Assembly: GCA_034110645.1 (NCBI GenBank)
Contig: JAWUYU010000066.1
Location: 2,266 to 66,265 of the forward strand
Length of the DNA stretch: 64,000 bases
From: Pseudomonadales bacterium
GTDB lineage: Bacteria; Pseudomonadota; Gammaproteobacteria; Pseudomonadales; Balneatricaceae
Reading direction: 5' to 3'
The notes below the pieces were generated by a model that was not told the DNA's origin, made no database searches, and was given only the letters and a program-made list of their open reading frames with translations. Shown piece after piece: positions 33,440 through 45,581 of this stretch (its first letter is position 1; every line of letters starts with the position of its first letter). The position numbers and the translations under genes are program-made.

Positions 33440-33471
33440 AGTGAAAACCTCTAACTATATTATTGCGTTTG

Positions 33472-33508
33472 ATCATATAAGTTAGATGTCAAGTTGTCAA
33501 GACAACTT
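33472..33508 (-). promoter_or_regulatory. sigma70 promoter of gntR-trpB-trpA with an overlapping palindromic operator
   Basis: Minus strand TTGACA(33500-33495)-N17-TATGAT(33477-33472); palindrome AAGTTGTC-AA-GACAACTT at 33491-33508 covers the -35 box. Confidence 0.8.
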
Positions 33509-33813
33509 TATAATAAACAAAGTGTATCGAATAACATGCGATAACTAGAGACACTTATCTCTGGACACAATTATCCAGCAAGGCCTGCAAATTGCTGGAA
33601 GACGGTTTTTTGTCGAGGCCCGAAACTGCTTCTAGCGAAGCATATGCGCTACCTCAACCCCTTAAAATTTCTGCAGCATCCAATTTAGGCTCCACCGTAA
33701 TAAAACGATTTTATTGACAATATTGCCCACGTAATATTTGCCTTGGAAGCACAGAAATTTCTATACTAATAATGGGGCCCCTGAGAGGGCACCCTAACGT
33801 TATAAAATTAAAA

Positions 33814-34563
33814 CTAGAAGCTATAGTTCAGGCCTAAAACGCTAGATACAGATATATTTCCATTAATGATAGGGCTATTCACAACCTTGCTTGGCAAGAA
33901 TTTCATGTTAATGTTGGCAAATAGCGACGTCTGTTTGGTCAATGAGTATATTTTATTGACAGAAATGTAGGGTAAAAGCACGCTTTGTGGCGCATATTCA
34001 GCACGCAGCCCATTAGCCTCACTGGCATTAACCCCATACAAGTAATTTGCCCGCTCACTGCTATACCAGGTGGCACCTGCTTTGAGTATTATCGGCTGCC
34101 CTGCCATAGGAATGAATTGGCTCAAGCTTAAGTCGAGAAAGTTGCCATTGAACTTGTTGGTTAGCTCTGTGCCAAGTTTGAATTGAGCACTTAGGCCTCG
34201 AGAAAGTTCATACGATGCATTTAACGCACCGTCAAAGTACATGTCTCTGGTCATACCACTTAAGCCAGCAGAATCAGTACTCTTGTAAGGTCTGAATCTG
34301 GGAATGATGGCTGCACTGATGGACAATGTTTCATTATCAATAAACTTATAGGCTGCACCTTGTTGGAAGCTTAAATTTAAAGTGTCTGACTTATAGCTGA
34401 TGGTGGGCATGAGGGCCGATTCAAAGGGTACATTGGCATAAATTGAGTCGCTACCAATGTAGGCGAAGCCAATCGACACTTGGGATTTTTCTTGAGCATG
34501 GCTAACGCCCACAAAGAGGCATAAATAGGTGGCAAATATACCTATTATTGTATTAATTTTCAT
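33814..34563 (-). CDS. MipA/OmpV-family outer membrane protein
   Basis: Signal peptide, YLYGV..SEA..LRAEY.P, V.NSPI and C-terminal LNYSF beta-barrel signature. Confidence 0.8.
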   Translation of the reverse strand: MKINTIIGIFATYLCLFVGVSHAQEKSQVSIGFAYIGSDSIYANVPFESALMPTISYKSDTLNLSFQQGAAYKFIDNETLSISAAIIPRFRPYKSTDSAGLSGMTRDMYFDGALNASYELSRGLSAQFKLGTELTNKFNGNFLDLSLSQFIPMAGQPIILKAGATWYSSERANYLYGVNASEANGLRAEYAPQSVLLPYISVNKIYSLTKQTSLFANINMKFLPSKVVNSPIINGNISVSSVLGLNYSF

Positions 34564-34786
34564 TATTTAAGGTTCCTTATTTTACGTGCAGCTAATGAGC
34601 ATGCCACAGCAATTTTTTAATCCGTATGGCACCAGAGATTAGGTGACGATTTTTTTATTCTAGGTAGCCCTAACACGGATCTGTTGAATAAATTTGGGGC
34701 TTAATATTAACCACTTAGCGTGGAAATTCATCTACACTTTACATTCCTTTACTGCACCAAATGCTTGATTTTCACCTTTTTCACAG

Positions 34787-35130
34787 GTTTCACGTCTTCC
34801 TCGCCAGCCCTGTGTAACAAGGCAAGTTGGTAAGAGTCCTACCTCAATATAAAGGTCGTGAATGACCCTTTCATTTTATTCATCCATACAAAGGTGAGAA
34901 ACCAATCCATGTCACTCGATTTTACCAGCTAGTTAAACATTATTTTCTACCACACTTTTAGGTGTCTCAAAATAATATAGCTCGGATATGCATAAATTCT
35001 ATTTAAGTTTTAAAACTGACGTGGCTCACCACACTGTGGCACTTTTAACAGAGCACCTGTGGCATTGTAGTGGACACTCTTCATTAATCCATAAAATATA
35101 ATGCAGGGGCTGGCGAGGAAGACATGAAAC
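34787..35130. repeat. 24-bp inverted repeats flanking a 296-bp segment
   Basis: GTTTCACGTCTTCCTCGCCAGCCC (34787-34810) and GGGCTGGCGAGGAAGACATGAAAC (35107-35130), one mismatch. Confidence 0.9.
34818..34961 (+). pseudogene. C-terminal fragment of a LysR-type regulator
   Basis: QGKLVRVLPQYKGRE*PFHFIHPYKGEKPIHVTRFYQLVKHYF resembles LysR substrate-binding domain ends; internal stop and no 5' part. Confidence 0.6.
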
Positions 35131-35338
35131 GTTATTAACCATAACCACAACGCTAAAAGTGGAATTTTATTTCCTCCATCGAAAAAATAGGTCTCTCACT
35201 AAATTATTACCAAGTAGCTCAACATACAATAGGTCTCTATACCTAAATACAGAAGCGTTAATGCAAAAGAGTTTCCATCCCAACAGAGGTACTATTTGCA
35301 GCAATAAAATTACGTTAAATACCTTCTGGAGGCCCCCA

Positions 35339-37862
<2,524 letters not shown>

Positions 37863-37872
37863 GGAGCGCCCC

Positions 37873-39240
37873 ATGAGCACAAACATTCAAGCTCGCGAAG
37901 CTAACTTTGACGGTCTAGTTGGCCCCACCCATAACTATGGCGGCTTGTCCTACGGCAATGTGGCTTCTAGTAGCAATTCTGCGCGCCCCTCTAACCCTAA
38001 GCAGGCTGCGCAGCAAGGCTTGCAGAAGATGAAATCTCTGCATGATATGGGCATGATTCAAGGTGTTTTAGCCCCACAATCACGCCCAGACTTAAGCATT
38101 TTGCGCCGCCTTGGGTTTACCGGCACCGATAGCCAAGTGATTCAACAAGCTGCAAAAAAAGACCCTGCGCTATTGGCCTCTTGTTACTCTGCGTCAAGCA
38201 TGTGGACAGCCAACGCCGCCACAGTGTCTCCAAGTGCAGACTGCAGTGATGGACGTTTACACTTTACCCCTGCAAACCTGGTTAACCGTTTTCACCGCTC
38301 TATTGAACATGAAACAACAGGGCGTATTTTACAAGCCACCTTCGCCAACGAAGACCGCTTTGCGCATCATCAGGCACTGCCTTCTTCCGATCACTTTGGA
38401 GACGAAGGCGCTGCTAACCATACTCGCTTTTGCCAAAACTACGGTAAAGCTGGTGTAGAGTTTTTTGTTTATGGCCAACATGCCTTTAATGGCCAAGCCC
38501 CTAAGCCCACTAAATACCCAGCTCGCCAGAGCTTAGAAGCCTCTCAAGCAGTAGCGCGCTTACACGGATTAAGAGACGAGCAAGTTGTGTTTGCTCAACA
38601 AAATCCAGACGTTATTGATGCGGGTGTATTTCACAATGACGTGATCGCCGTAGGTAATGGGAATGTGTCTTTCTATCACGAGCTCGCCTTCCTCAACACC
38701 CAAGAAGTAAACGACAACTTGCAGCAAGCTATGTCTAACATGAGTAATGGGGAAATGCAGTTTATCGAAGTGCCTGCAGACCAAGTGAGTGTACAAGACG
38801 CTGTAAATAGTTACTTATTCAACAGTCAGCTGCTAAGCCTTCCTCACTTAAAAGAGGGAAAAATGGGCATTGTAGTGCCGCAAGAATGCCGTGAAAATAG
38901 CAATGTTTCAGCCTACCTAGACCAGCTTATAGCTGGTGATAATGCCATAGAAGAAGTATTGGTATTTGATCTAAAACAAAGCATGAGTAATGGCGGTGGC
39001 CCGGCTTGTTTACGCTTACGCGTAGTACTTAACGAAGCAGAGCAAACCATGGTTAACCCTGCTTGTATGATGAACGATAGCCTGTTCCCTCGTTTGATGG
39101 TGTGGACAGAAAAACACTACCGTGACACTCTTTCAGAAACAGACCTAGCCGACCCTCAGCTATTGATCGAAAGCCATGGCGCCTTAGACGAACTAACGCA
39201 GATTTTGCGTTTGGGTAGTGTTTACGACTTCCAGCGTTAA
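37873..39240 (+). CDS. astB: N-succinylarginine dihydrolase
   Basis: [37 protein letters not shown]. Confidence 0.97.
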   Translation: MSTNIQAREANFDGLVGPTHNYGGLSYGNVASSSNSARPSNPKQAAQQGLQKMKSLHDMGMIQGVLAPQSRPDLSILRRLGFTGTDSQVIQQAAKKDPALLASCYSASSMWTANAATVSPSADCSDGRLHFTPANLVNRFHRSIEHETTGRILQATFANEDRFAHHQALPSSDHFGDEGAANHTRFCQNYGKAGVEFFVYGQHAFNGQAPKPTKYPARQSLEASQAVARLHGLRDEQVVFAQQNPDVIDAGVFHNDVIAVGNGNVSFYHELAFLNTQEVNDNLQQAMSNMSNGEMQFIEVPADQVSVQDAVNSYLFNSQLLSLPHLKEGKMGIVVPQECRENSNVSAYLDQLIAGDNAIEEVLVFDLKQSMSNGGGPACLRLRVVLNEAEQTMVNPACMMNDSLFPRLMVWTEKHYRDTLSETDLADPQLLIESHGALDELTQILRLGSVYDFQR

Positions 39241-39246
39241 TATCTG

Positions 39247-39933
39247 TTAACAGCTAATCAGCCCATAAAACACTTGGCCCGCTTTTTTACTACGGTGTAA
39301 CTTCCAGCCTTCTGGCAGTAATAATTCTTCGAGGGGCTGAGGTTGCTCTACATAGATCATGGCCTTATCCGATAAGCATTGGCTGTCAAATAGTGCTTTT
39401 AGCGTATCTTGCATTAAGGCCAAAGCAAACGGCGGGTCTAAGAACACTAGGTCATAGCGTTCTATCTGCTCATCTGTAGTAGCGCGATCTTTATAACTTC
39501 TTAACCAATTAAAACTGCTCATTTGCTCTACTTTGGCTATCTGATCTGCTGCTATGGGAAGCAGTTTCAAGTTGTCATTAAGTGAGTTTGTGGCTATGTT
39601 TGAGAGATCTACAAAGTTGACTTGTTTGGCACCACGAGACAGTGCTTCTAAACCTAGCGCACCTGTACCTGCAAATAAATCTAAGCAAGTGGCTCCTGGT
39701 ACTGGACCTGATATCCAGTTAAATAATGTTTCTCGTACCCTGTCTTGGGTAGGGCGAAGACCTACTGCCGTAGCAAATGGAATTTTCCGGCCACGCCACT
39801 CACCAGCAATAATTCGTAAGCTTTGACGACCAGCTTGGCCTATCTCAACAACTTTACCAGATCCTTTACCTAATCCAACAGAACGAAGCAGTGAAGAAGA
39901 GCGAGATGTTTTTGAAATCAGTTTGCGGGCCAT
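39247..39933 (-). CDS. rsmD: 16S rRNA m2G966 methyltransferase
   Basis: LRIIAGEWRGRK, RPT.DRVRETLFNW, DPPF; divergent from ftsY. Confidence 0.93.
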   Translation of the reverse strand: MARKLISKTSRSSSLLRSVGLGKGSGKVVEIGQAGRQSLRIIAGEWRGRKIPFATAVGLRPTQDRVRETLFNWISGPVPGATCLDLFAGTGALGLEALSRGAKQVNFVDLSNIATNSLNDNLKLLPIAADQIAKVEQMSSFNWLRSYKDRATTDEQIERYDLVFLDPPFALALMQDTLKALFDSQCLSDKAMIYVEQPQPLEELLLPEGWKLHRSKKAGQVFYGLISC

Positions 39934-40108
39934 AAATATGCCTAAAGTTAAAAATATGTAGAATTAGCTAGGGTGCCTATTCTAAGGTAATCGCTACATA
40001 AAAGAAGCATGCCCAAGTAAAAGCTATGCTAAAATTTACCTTCATCAATTTTGATTACTTTTTAACCGCTTTTAATCGCTGAACATATACTGAGGCACCC
40101 CAGACACC

Positions 40109-41266
40109 ATGGCCCTGTTTAATTTATTTGGTAAAAACAAAAAAGCTACAGAAGAAAAATCCACCCCTGTAGCAGAACAACCAGATGCGCCTTTGCAAGA
40201 TATTGCCGAGACGCCTGCTACCCTCTCTACTATGCCCGTTACTATGCCCGCTGCTCAAACAGGGCTAGCAACCGCTGCACCACAAACCGCGCCTGGGCCT
40301 ATACCTGAAACTAAGGTAAAACAAAGCTTTTTTGCTCGTATAAAAAACGGCCTCAGTCGTACTCGTAGTAACTTTGGTGATGGTCTTTCCAACCTATTTT
40401 TAGGCGCAAAACAAATTGATGACGACTTGTTTGAAGAGCTTGAGACCCAGTTATTGGTGGCCGACGTTGGTATAGAAGCCACTGCAAACCTTCTTAAAAA
40501 CCTAAGTGAGCGAGTGGCTCGTAAAGATTTACAAGATCCTCCAGCACTTTATAAAGCGCTAAAAGAAGAGCTCGCCACTTTATTACAAGGCAGCCAAGCA
40601 CCGCTAGAAATTCCCCAACAAGACTCCCCCTTCGTGATCCTTATGGTTGGCGTAAACGGCGCTGGCAAAACCACCACCATTGGCAAATTAAGCAAACGCT
40701 TCCAAAGCCAAGGCAAGTCTGTATTACTTGCAGCTGGCGACACTTTTCGTGCCGCTGCCGTTGAACAATTACAAGAATGGGGGGCACGCAACAATGTACC
40801 CGTTGTGGCCCAACACACAGGCGCTGATAGTGCCTCTGTGATTTTTGATGCTGTACAGTCTGCCCAGGCTAAAGGCATAGACGTAGTGATTGCAGATACA
40901 GCGGGACGCTTACAAAACAAATCGCATCTAATGGATGAATTAAGCAAGGTTGTGCGAGTGATGCAAAAGCTGGATGTTAAAGCACCTCATGAGGTTATGT
41001 TAGTGCTCGACGCTGGCACCGGCCAAAATGCCTTAAGCCAAGCCAGCCTGTTTGGAGCTGCGGTAGGTGTCACTGGAATCACTCTCACAAAGCTCGATGG
41101 TACAGCTAAAGGCGGCGTTATTTTTGCCATGGCGCAACAACTACAAATACCCATTCGTTTTATTGGAGTGGGCGAACAGGCCGACGACTTACGGCCGTTT
41201 GAAGCCAATGAATTTATTGACGCGCTATTTAGTGAAACTAGCCTAAGCCAAGACAGCACCCTATGA
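40109..41266 (+). CDS. ftsY: SRP receptor FtsY
   Basis: GVNGAGKTTT, DTFRAAA, DTAGR, TKLDGTAKGG. Confidence 0.97.
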   Translation: MALFNLFGKNKKATEEKSTPVAEQPDAPLQDIAETPATLSTMPVTMPAAQTGLATAAPQTAPGPIPETKVKQSFFARIKNGLSRTRSNFGDGLSNLFLGAKQIDDDLFEELETQLLVADVGIEATANLLKNLSERVARKDLQDPPALYKALKEELATLLQGSQAPLEIPQQDSPFVILMVGVNGAGKTTTIGKLSKRFQSQGKSVLLAAGDTFRAAAVEQLQEWGARNNVPVVAQHTGADSASVIFDAVQSAQAKGIDVVIADTAGRLQNKSHLMDELSKVVRVMQKLDVKAPHEVMLVLDAGTGQNALSQASLFGAAVGVTGITLTKLDGTAKGGVIFAMAQQLQIPIRFIGVGEQADDLRPFEANEFIDALFSETSLSQDSTL

Positions 41267-41934
41267 TTAACTTTGAGCAAGTAAGTAAGCAATATCACGA
41301 TAAGAGTGCGTTAGTGAATGCTAATTTTCATTTACAGCGCGGTGACATGGCTTTTCTAACCGGCCATTCAGGCGCTGGAAAAAGTACATTGCTAAAGCTA
41401 ATCATGCTCATGGAACGCCCTACAAGCGGAAAAGTGATTGTAGATCGGCAGGATTTAAGCCAGCTTAACCGTGCAGAAGTGCCTGCTCATCGACGGAAAA
41501 TTGGCCTTGTATTCCAAAATCATCAGTTACTTATGGATTACTCCATATTTGATAATGTAGCCCTTCCTCTTAAAATCAGCGGTTACAATGAACGAGACTC
41601 TGGCCGCCGTGTTAGGGCGGCGTTAGACAAAGTAGGCCTATTAGATAAAGAAAAACTATCTCCACAAGTGCTATCCAGTGGTGAACAGCAGCGCATTGGT
41701 ATAGCTCGCGCCATTGTGAACAAACCCAAGCTTATTTTGGCCGACGAACCCACAGGCAACTTAGACCCTGCTTTGTCTGCTGAGATCATGCATTTATTTC
41801 AACAGTTCAACCAAGTGGGCGTCACCGTACTTATTGCCAGCCACGACTTAGAACTGATCCAACGCCTACCACACCCAGTCATTCAACTTAATCAAGGCCT
41901 TATAAGCGCCCCGCTTTCAATGAGGGGGCAATAA
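41263..41934 (+). CDS. ftsE: Cell division ATP-binding protein FtsE
   Basis: [18 protein letters not shown]; ftsYEX order. Confidence 0.94.
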   Translation: MINFEQVSKQYHDKSALVNANFHLQRGDMAFLTGHSGAGKSTLLKLIMLMERPTSGKVIVDRQDLSQLNRAEVPAHRRKIGLVFQNHQLLMDYSIFDNVALPLKISGYNERDSGRRVRAALDKVGLLDKEKLSPQVLSSGEQQRIGIARAIVNKPKLILADEPTGNLDPALSAEIMHLFQQFNQVGVTVLIASHDLELIQRLPHPVIQLNQGLISAPLSMRGQ

Positions 41935-41936
41935 TC

Positions 41937-42911
41937 ATGGCATTTTTTAACCGTCGCCCAGCCCTCACCGCCAGCCGCTCACAGCCTGAAAGCTCTAGTA
42001 AACGCTTGCTCAGAGAACATCAAGAGGTGGCCATCAGCAGTTGGCGCCGACTCTGGCAAACTCCTTTTTCAAATCTATTAACTTGGCTCACACTCGCTAT
42101 AGCATTAGCGCTGCCCGCGGCGTTATTGTTACTCTTGAGTCAAGCTCAACATGTAGGTGCTCAGGTTAATAAAAGCAGCCATATAAGCGTATTTTTGGCG
42201 GCTAATGTTAGCCAAGAAGAAGGCCTGCTAATCACCCAAAATTTAGGTTCAAGGCCAGATATTACTCAGGCAACTTACATCTCAGCCGAACAAGCATTAG
42301 TAGACTTTAAAGCCAGCAGTGGGCTTGAAGATATATTAGCTAGCCTTACAGACAACCCCTTACCTGCAACTATCTTGATAGAACCTGCCAACACTTCCCT
42401 AAGCCCCGAAGCCGTAGCGATACTTGCCAAGCAGTTACGACAACAAGAGCAGATTGATCAAGTATTAGTGGATATGGCTTGGTTAGATCGCCTACAAGCC
42501 ATATTAGAGACCAGCGAACGATTTACCTACAGCTTAGCGCTGTTATTAGCCCTTGGCGTATTATTGGTAGTGGGCAATACCGTGCGCTTACAAATTGAAA
42601 GCCGCAAGCAAGAGATTTTGGTGATTAAACTACTCGGTGGCACAGACGCCTATTTACGCCGTCCATTTTTGTATGCCGGGTTTTGGGCCGGGCTGTTTGC
42701 CGCTGTCATCGCTTGGATTATCCTCCTGCTGGGAGTAGCCTACTTACACCAGCCCTTACTTTCATTGGCGCAAAGCTACCAAAGTGACTGGCAACTACAA
42801 GGCTTAAGCTGGTTTGGTAGCTTTGTTCTAGTCATTGCCAGTTGTGGGCTCTCAGTATTGGGGGCTAGCTTAACTGTAGGGCGCCAACTACGGCTTATTG
42901 AGCCTAAATAA
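41937..42911 (+). CDS. ftsX: Cell division permease FtsX
   Basis: NPLPA, VGNTVRL, KLLGGTDAYLRRPFLY. Confidence 0.93.
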   Translation: MAFFNRRPALTASRSQPESSSKRLLREHQEVAISSWRRLWQTPFSNLLTWLTLAIALALPAALLLLLSQAQHVGAQVNKSSHISVFLAANVSQEEGLLITQNLGSRPDITQATYISAEQALVDFKASSGLEDILASLTDNPLPATILIEPANTSLSPEAVAILAKQLRQQEQIDQVLVDMAWLDRLQAILETSERFTYSLALLLALGVLLVVGNTVRLQIESRKQEILVIKLLGGTDAYLRRPFLYAGFWAGLFAAVIAWIILLLGVAYLHQPLLSLAQSYQSDWQLQGLSWFGSFVLVIASCGLSVLGASLTVGRQLRLIEPK

Positions 42912-43164
42912 GGCGAAGTTGGTACCTAATTGTGGCTTTACAAAGCTTTACGGGCAAAAACCCAGGCCAAGCCTTGCACTGTAAGCGCTTGCGTCCTAGA
43001 ATGCTTACCAGAATTGTGCTGCTGCAAATGAAAACAAAACATTAGCAAGTGTTGATTTATATCATATAACACACAGAATTGCGGCAATAGTCCAAAAAAG
43101 TGGCTCACAATAGGCCATACTTAAATCATATTTAAGAGCGGACTCAAAGACTACGGAGATTGTT

Positions 43165-44052
43165 ATGACCAAGTCATTATCAGCTATTGATGCATTAGCA
43201 CCAGGCCAAAGCCACGAGGCTTACCTACAAACTATCAGTGGCATCCCCATTCTTACAGTGGAGCAAGAGCGTGCTCTGGCAGAACGCCTATACTACGAAA
43301 ATGACTTAGATGCAGCCCGCCAATTGGTGATGTCTCACCTACGTTTTGTAGCTCATATTGCCAAAAGTTATTCTGGGTACGGCCTGCCAATTTCAGACCT
43401 AGTACAAGAAGGTAATGCTGGTCTGATGAAAGCCGTAAAACGCTTTAACCCAGAAGTAGGTGTACGTTTGGTTTCTTTTGCTGTGCACTGGATCAAAGCT
43501 GAAATGCACGAATACATTCTACGTAATTGGCGCATTGTTAAAGTGGCTACTACTAAGAGCCAACGTAAACTGTTTTTTAACTTGCGTAGCGCCAAAAAGA
43601 AACTGGCTTGGTTAACCCATGCCGAAGTGCAATCTGTAGCTGCAGACCTAGGTGTTGATGCCAAAGTTGTAATGCAAATGGAAGGTCGTATGTCTGCTCA
43701 CGACACACCATTTGACGCCCCAGAAGGCGACGAAGATAGCGCATACCAAGCGCCTGCTTATTACTTAGAAGATCATTCTGGTGACCCTGCTAAACAGCTA
43801 GAAGCGAGCGACTGGGAAGAAGACTCTAACACCCGCCTGGCAAGTGCCATGAGCGATTTAGACCCTCGTAGCCGTGATATTTTGCAGCAACGCTGGTTAA
43901 GTGATTCTAAATCTACTCTGCACAACTTAGCCGCTCAATATGAAGTGTCTGCCGAGCGTATTCGTCAACTTGAAAAGAACGCCATGCAAAAGCTAAAAGC
44001 AGCCATGAGCATTGGCATGGAATCGAATGGCGAAGGCGCATACGCCTTTTAA
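43165..44052 (+). CDS. rpoH: RNA polymerase sigma-32 factor
   Basis: RpoH box QRKLFFNLR; DLVQEG; follows ftsX. Confidence 0.97.
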   Translation: MTKSLSAIDALAPGQSHEAYLQTISGIPILTVEQERALAERLYYENDLDAARQLVMSHLRFVAHIAKSYSGYGLPISDLVQEGNAGLMKAVKRFNPEVGVRLVSFAVHWIKAEMHEYILRNWRIVKVATTKSQRKLFFNLRSAKKKLAWLTHAEVQSVAADLGVDAKVVMQMEGRMSAHDTPFDAPEGDEDSAYQAPAYYLEDHSGDPAKQLEASDWEEDSNTRLASAMSDLDPRSRDILQQRWLSDSKSTLHNLAAQYEVSAERIRQLEKNAMQKLKAAMSIGMESNGEGAYAF

Positions 44053-44125
44053 GATTAGGCGCATACGCCTTTTAATATCAGTCGCATGCGCTTTTTAGCT
44101 TAAGCCGCATACTCTTTTTAAAGTA
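44034..44125. repeat. Four tandem 23-bp repeats starting inside the rpoH 3' end
   Basis: AGGCGCATACGCCTTTTAAGATT / AGGCGCATACGCCTTTTAATATC / AGTCGCATGCGCTTTTTAGCTTA / AGCCGCATACTCTTTTTAAAGTA. Confidence 0.85.
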
Positions 44126-44145
44126 AGTCAGCTCAGTACCATCCC

Positions 44146-44170
44146 AAAAAACCCACCTAACGTGGGTTTT
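44146..44170. terminator. Bidirectional intrinsic terminator (rpoH / tesA)
   Basis: AAAAAACCCAC-CTAAC-GTGGGTTTT between convergent genes. Confidence 0.8.
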
Positions 44171-44176
44171 ATTGTT

Positions 44177-44815
44177 TTAGGGTAACCAAAAGGTAGATAA
44201 GTTCTGCCATACGTTCTCCACAATAATAGGCTGTGCAGAAATTGTAGGGTGCAAACCATCAGCCTGCATCAACTCACTATCACCCGCTATATTTTCTAAT
44301 ATAAAAGGCACTGAGGCTGTGTTATACCGTTCGGTAAGGGTAGCGTATTGGGCAAAAAATGGTGCCACATATCGTTCGCCGTAGTTCGGTGGTAACTGAA
44401 TACCAAGCACAGCAACCTGAGCCCCATACTCCAAACTTTGTTCAATCATAGCAGCCAAGTTGGTGGTGATAGTGGCGATAGGGTAACCCCGTAAACCATC
44501 ATTAGCACCCAGCTCTAATAATACCCACTGCGGCTGAAACTGATCAAGCAAGGCAGGTAATCGACGGACACCACCTTGGGTAGTTTCACCACTCACGCTG
44601 GCATTAATCACTCGCCATTGGTCATCAGCTTCGCTAGTAAGTAGTTTTTCTTGCAATAATGCGGGCCACGCTTGCCCTAAAGACATACCATAACCAGCAC
44701 TTAAGCTATCTCCCATAACCAATATGGTCTGTTCTTTAGCCCACCCCAACGGTACCCACAAAAAGCCAATGGCACTCACAAAGTAGAATGTAAATATTTT
44801 GAAAAACTGCCTCAT
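44177..44815 (-). CDS. tesA: Arylesterase / acyl-CoA thioesterase I (SGNH)
   Basis: GDSLSAGYG, NASVSGETT, ELGANDGLRG, DGLHP. Confidence 0.92.
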   Translation of the reverse strand: MRQFFKIFTFYFVSAIGFLWVPLGWAKEQTILVMGDSLSAGYGMSLGQAWPALLQEKLLTSEADDQWRVINASVSGETTQGGVRRLPALLDQFQPQWVLLELGANDGLRGYPIATITTNLAAMIEQSLEYGAQVAVLGIQLPPNYGERYVAPFFAQYATLTERYNTASVPFILENIAGDSELMQADGLHPTISAQPIIVENVWQNLSTFWLP

Positions 44816-44870
44816 ACCCGTTCCTTAGTCACCCGTCAGACGCCATAATAGGCTTCCATATATTATTAAG

Positions 44871-45581
44871 TTGCCCAGTATGTCTTATTCAACGCCTTTT
44901 TTGGCTGCCCACAACGTCAGTCAGGTTGTAGCCAATCCACAGGCCACTCAAACTAACGACCTACATATATTACAAGATGTTAATTTTACCATAGAAGCCG
45001 GTCAGTCTGTAGCCATAGTTGGGGCGTCTGGCTCTGGAAAAACCACTCTATTGGGAATGATGGCAGGCTTAGACAGCCCCAGCCATGGCCAACTATTTTT
45101 AGCCCACAAAGACCTCACCCAACTAGGTGAAGAAGGCCGCGCAGAACTACGCAAACATCATGTCTCATTTATATTCCAAAATTTTCAACTACTACCCAGC
45201 CTAACCGCCCTAGAAAACATTATGTTGCCTTTAGAAGTGAAAGGCAGCAGCGATGCCAGTGCGCTAGCACATCAATACCTAAACCATGTAGGCCTATCTG
45301 AACGTGGACACCATTACCCCAATCAACTCTCTGGTGGTGAGCAACAACGAGTGGCTATTGCCCGCGCTTTTGCAGCCCAAGCCCCTATCTTATTTGCCGA
45401 TGAGCCTACCGGTAATTTAGACTCAGAAACAGGCCACCATATTATTGAGCTATTATTTGAACTTAACCAGCAGCATCAAACCACTCTAGTATTAGTAACC
45501 CACGATTTGCAATTAGCCCAACGTTGCCAACGACGATTATCACTTACCGCTGGCAAACTTACGGAACTCACTAATGTTTAA
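44871..45581 (+). CDS. ybbA: ABC transporter ATP-binding protein (YbbA-like)
   Basis: [27 protein letters not shown]; tesA-ybbAP synteny. Confidence 0.85.
   Translation: MPSMSYSTPFLAAHNVSQVVANPQATQTNDLHILQDVNFTIEAGQSVAIVGASGSGKTTLLGMMAGLDSPSHGQLFLAHKDLTQLGEEGRAELRKHHVSFIFQNFQLLPSLTALENIMLPLEVKGSSDASALAHQYLNHVGLSERGHHYPNQLSGGEQQRVAIARAFAAQAPILFADEPTGNLDSETGHHIIELLFELNQQHQTTLVLVTHDLQLAQRCQRRLSLTAGKLTELTNV

Noticed and set aside
33510-33810. Small hairpins and short open frames between gntR and mipA
   Set aside because: No recognisable protein, RNA or IS motif could be assigned by eye.
34787-35130. Possible retron ncRNA (a1/a2 inverted repeats)
   Set aside because: No reverse transcriptase nearby, and the interior translates as a LysR gene fragment.
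35159-35338. Apparent 60-aa N-terminal extension of AruG
   Set aside because: A strong RBS (GGAGG) precedes MMIIRP at 35339, which matches the family start. Similar over-extensions were trimmed for lexA, rpmE, tupC and the M18 peptidase.
41263-41934. FtsE ABC signature LSSGE instead of LSGGE
   Set aside because: This position varies among FtsE orthologs; Walker motifs and synteny are normal.
44034-44125. Possible CRISPR array (short partly palindromic repeats)
   Set aside because: Units are contiguous with no unique spacers, and there are no cas genes in the window.
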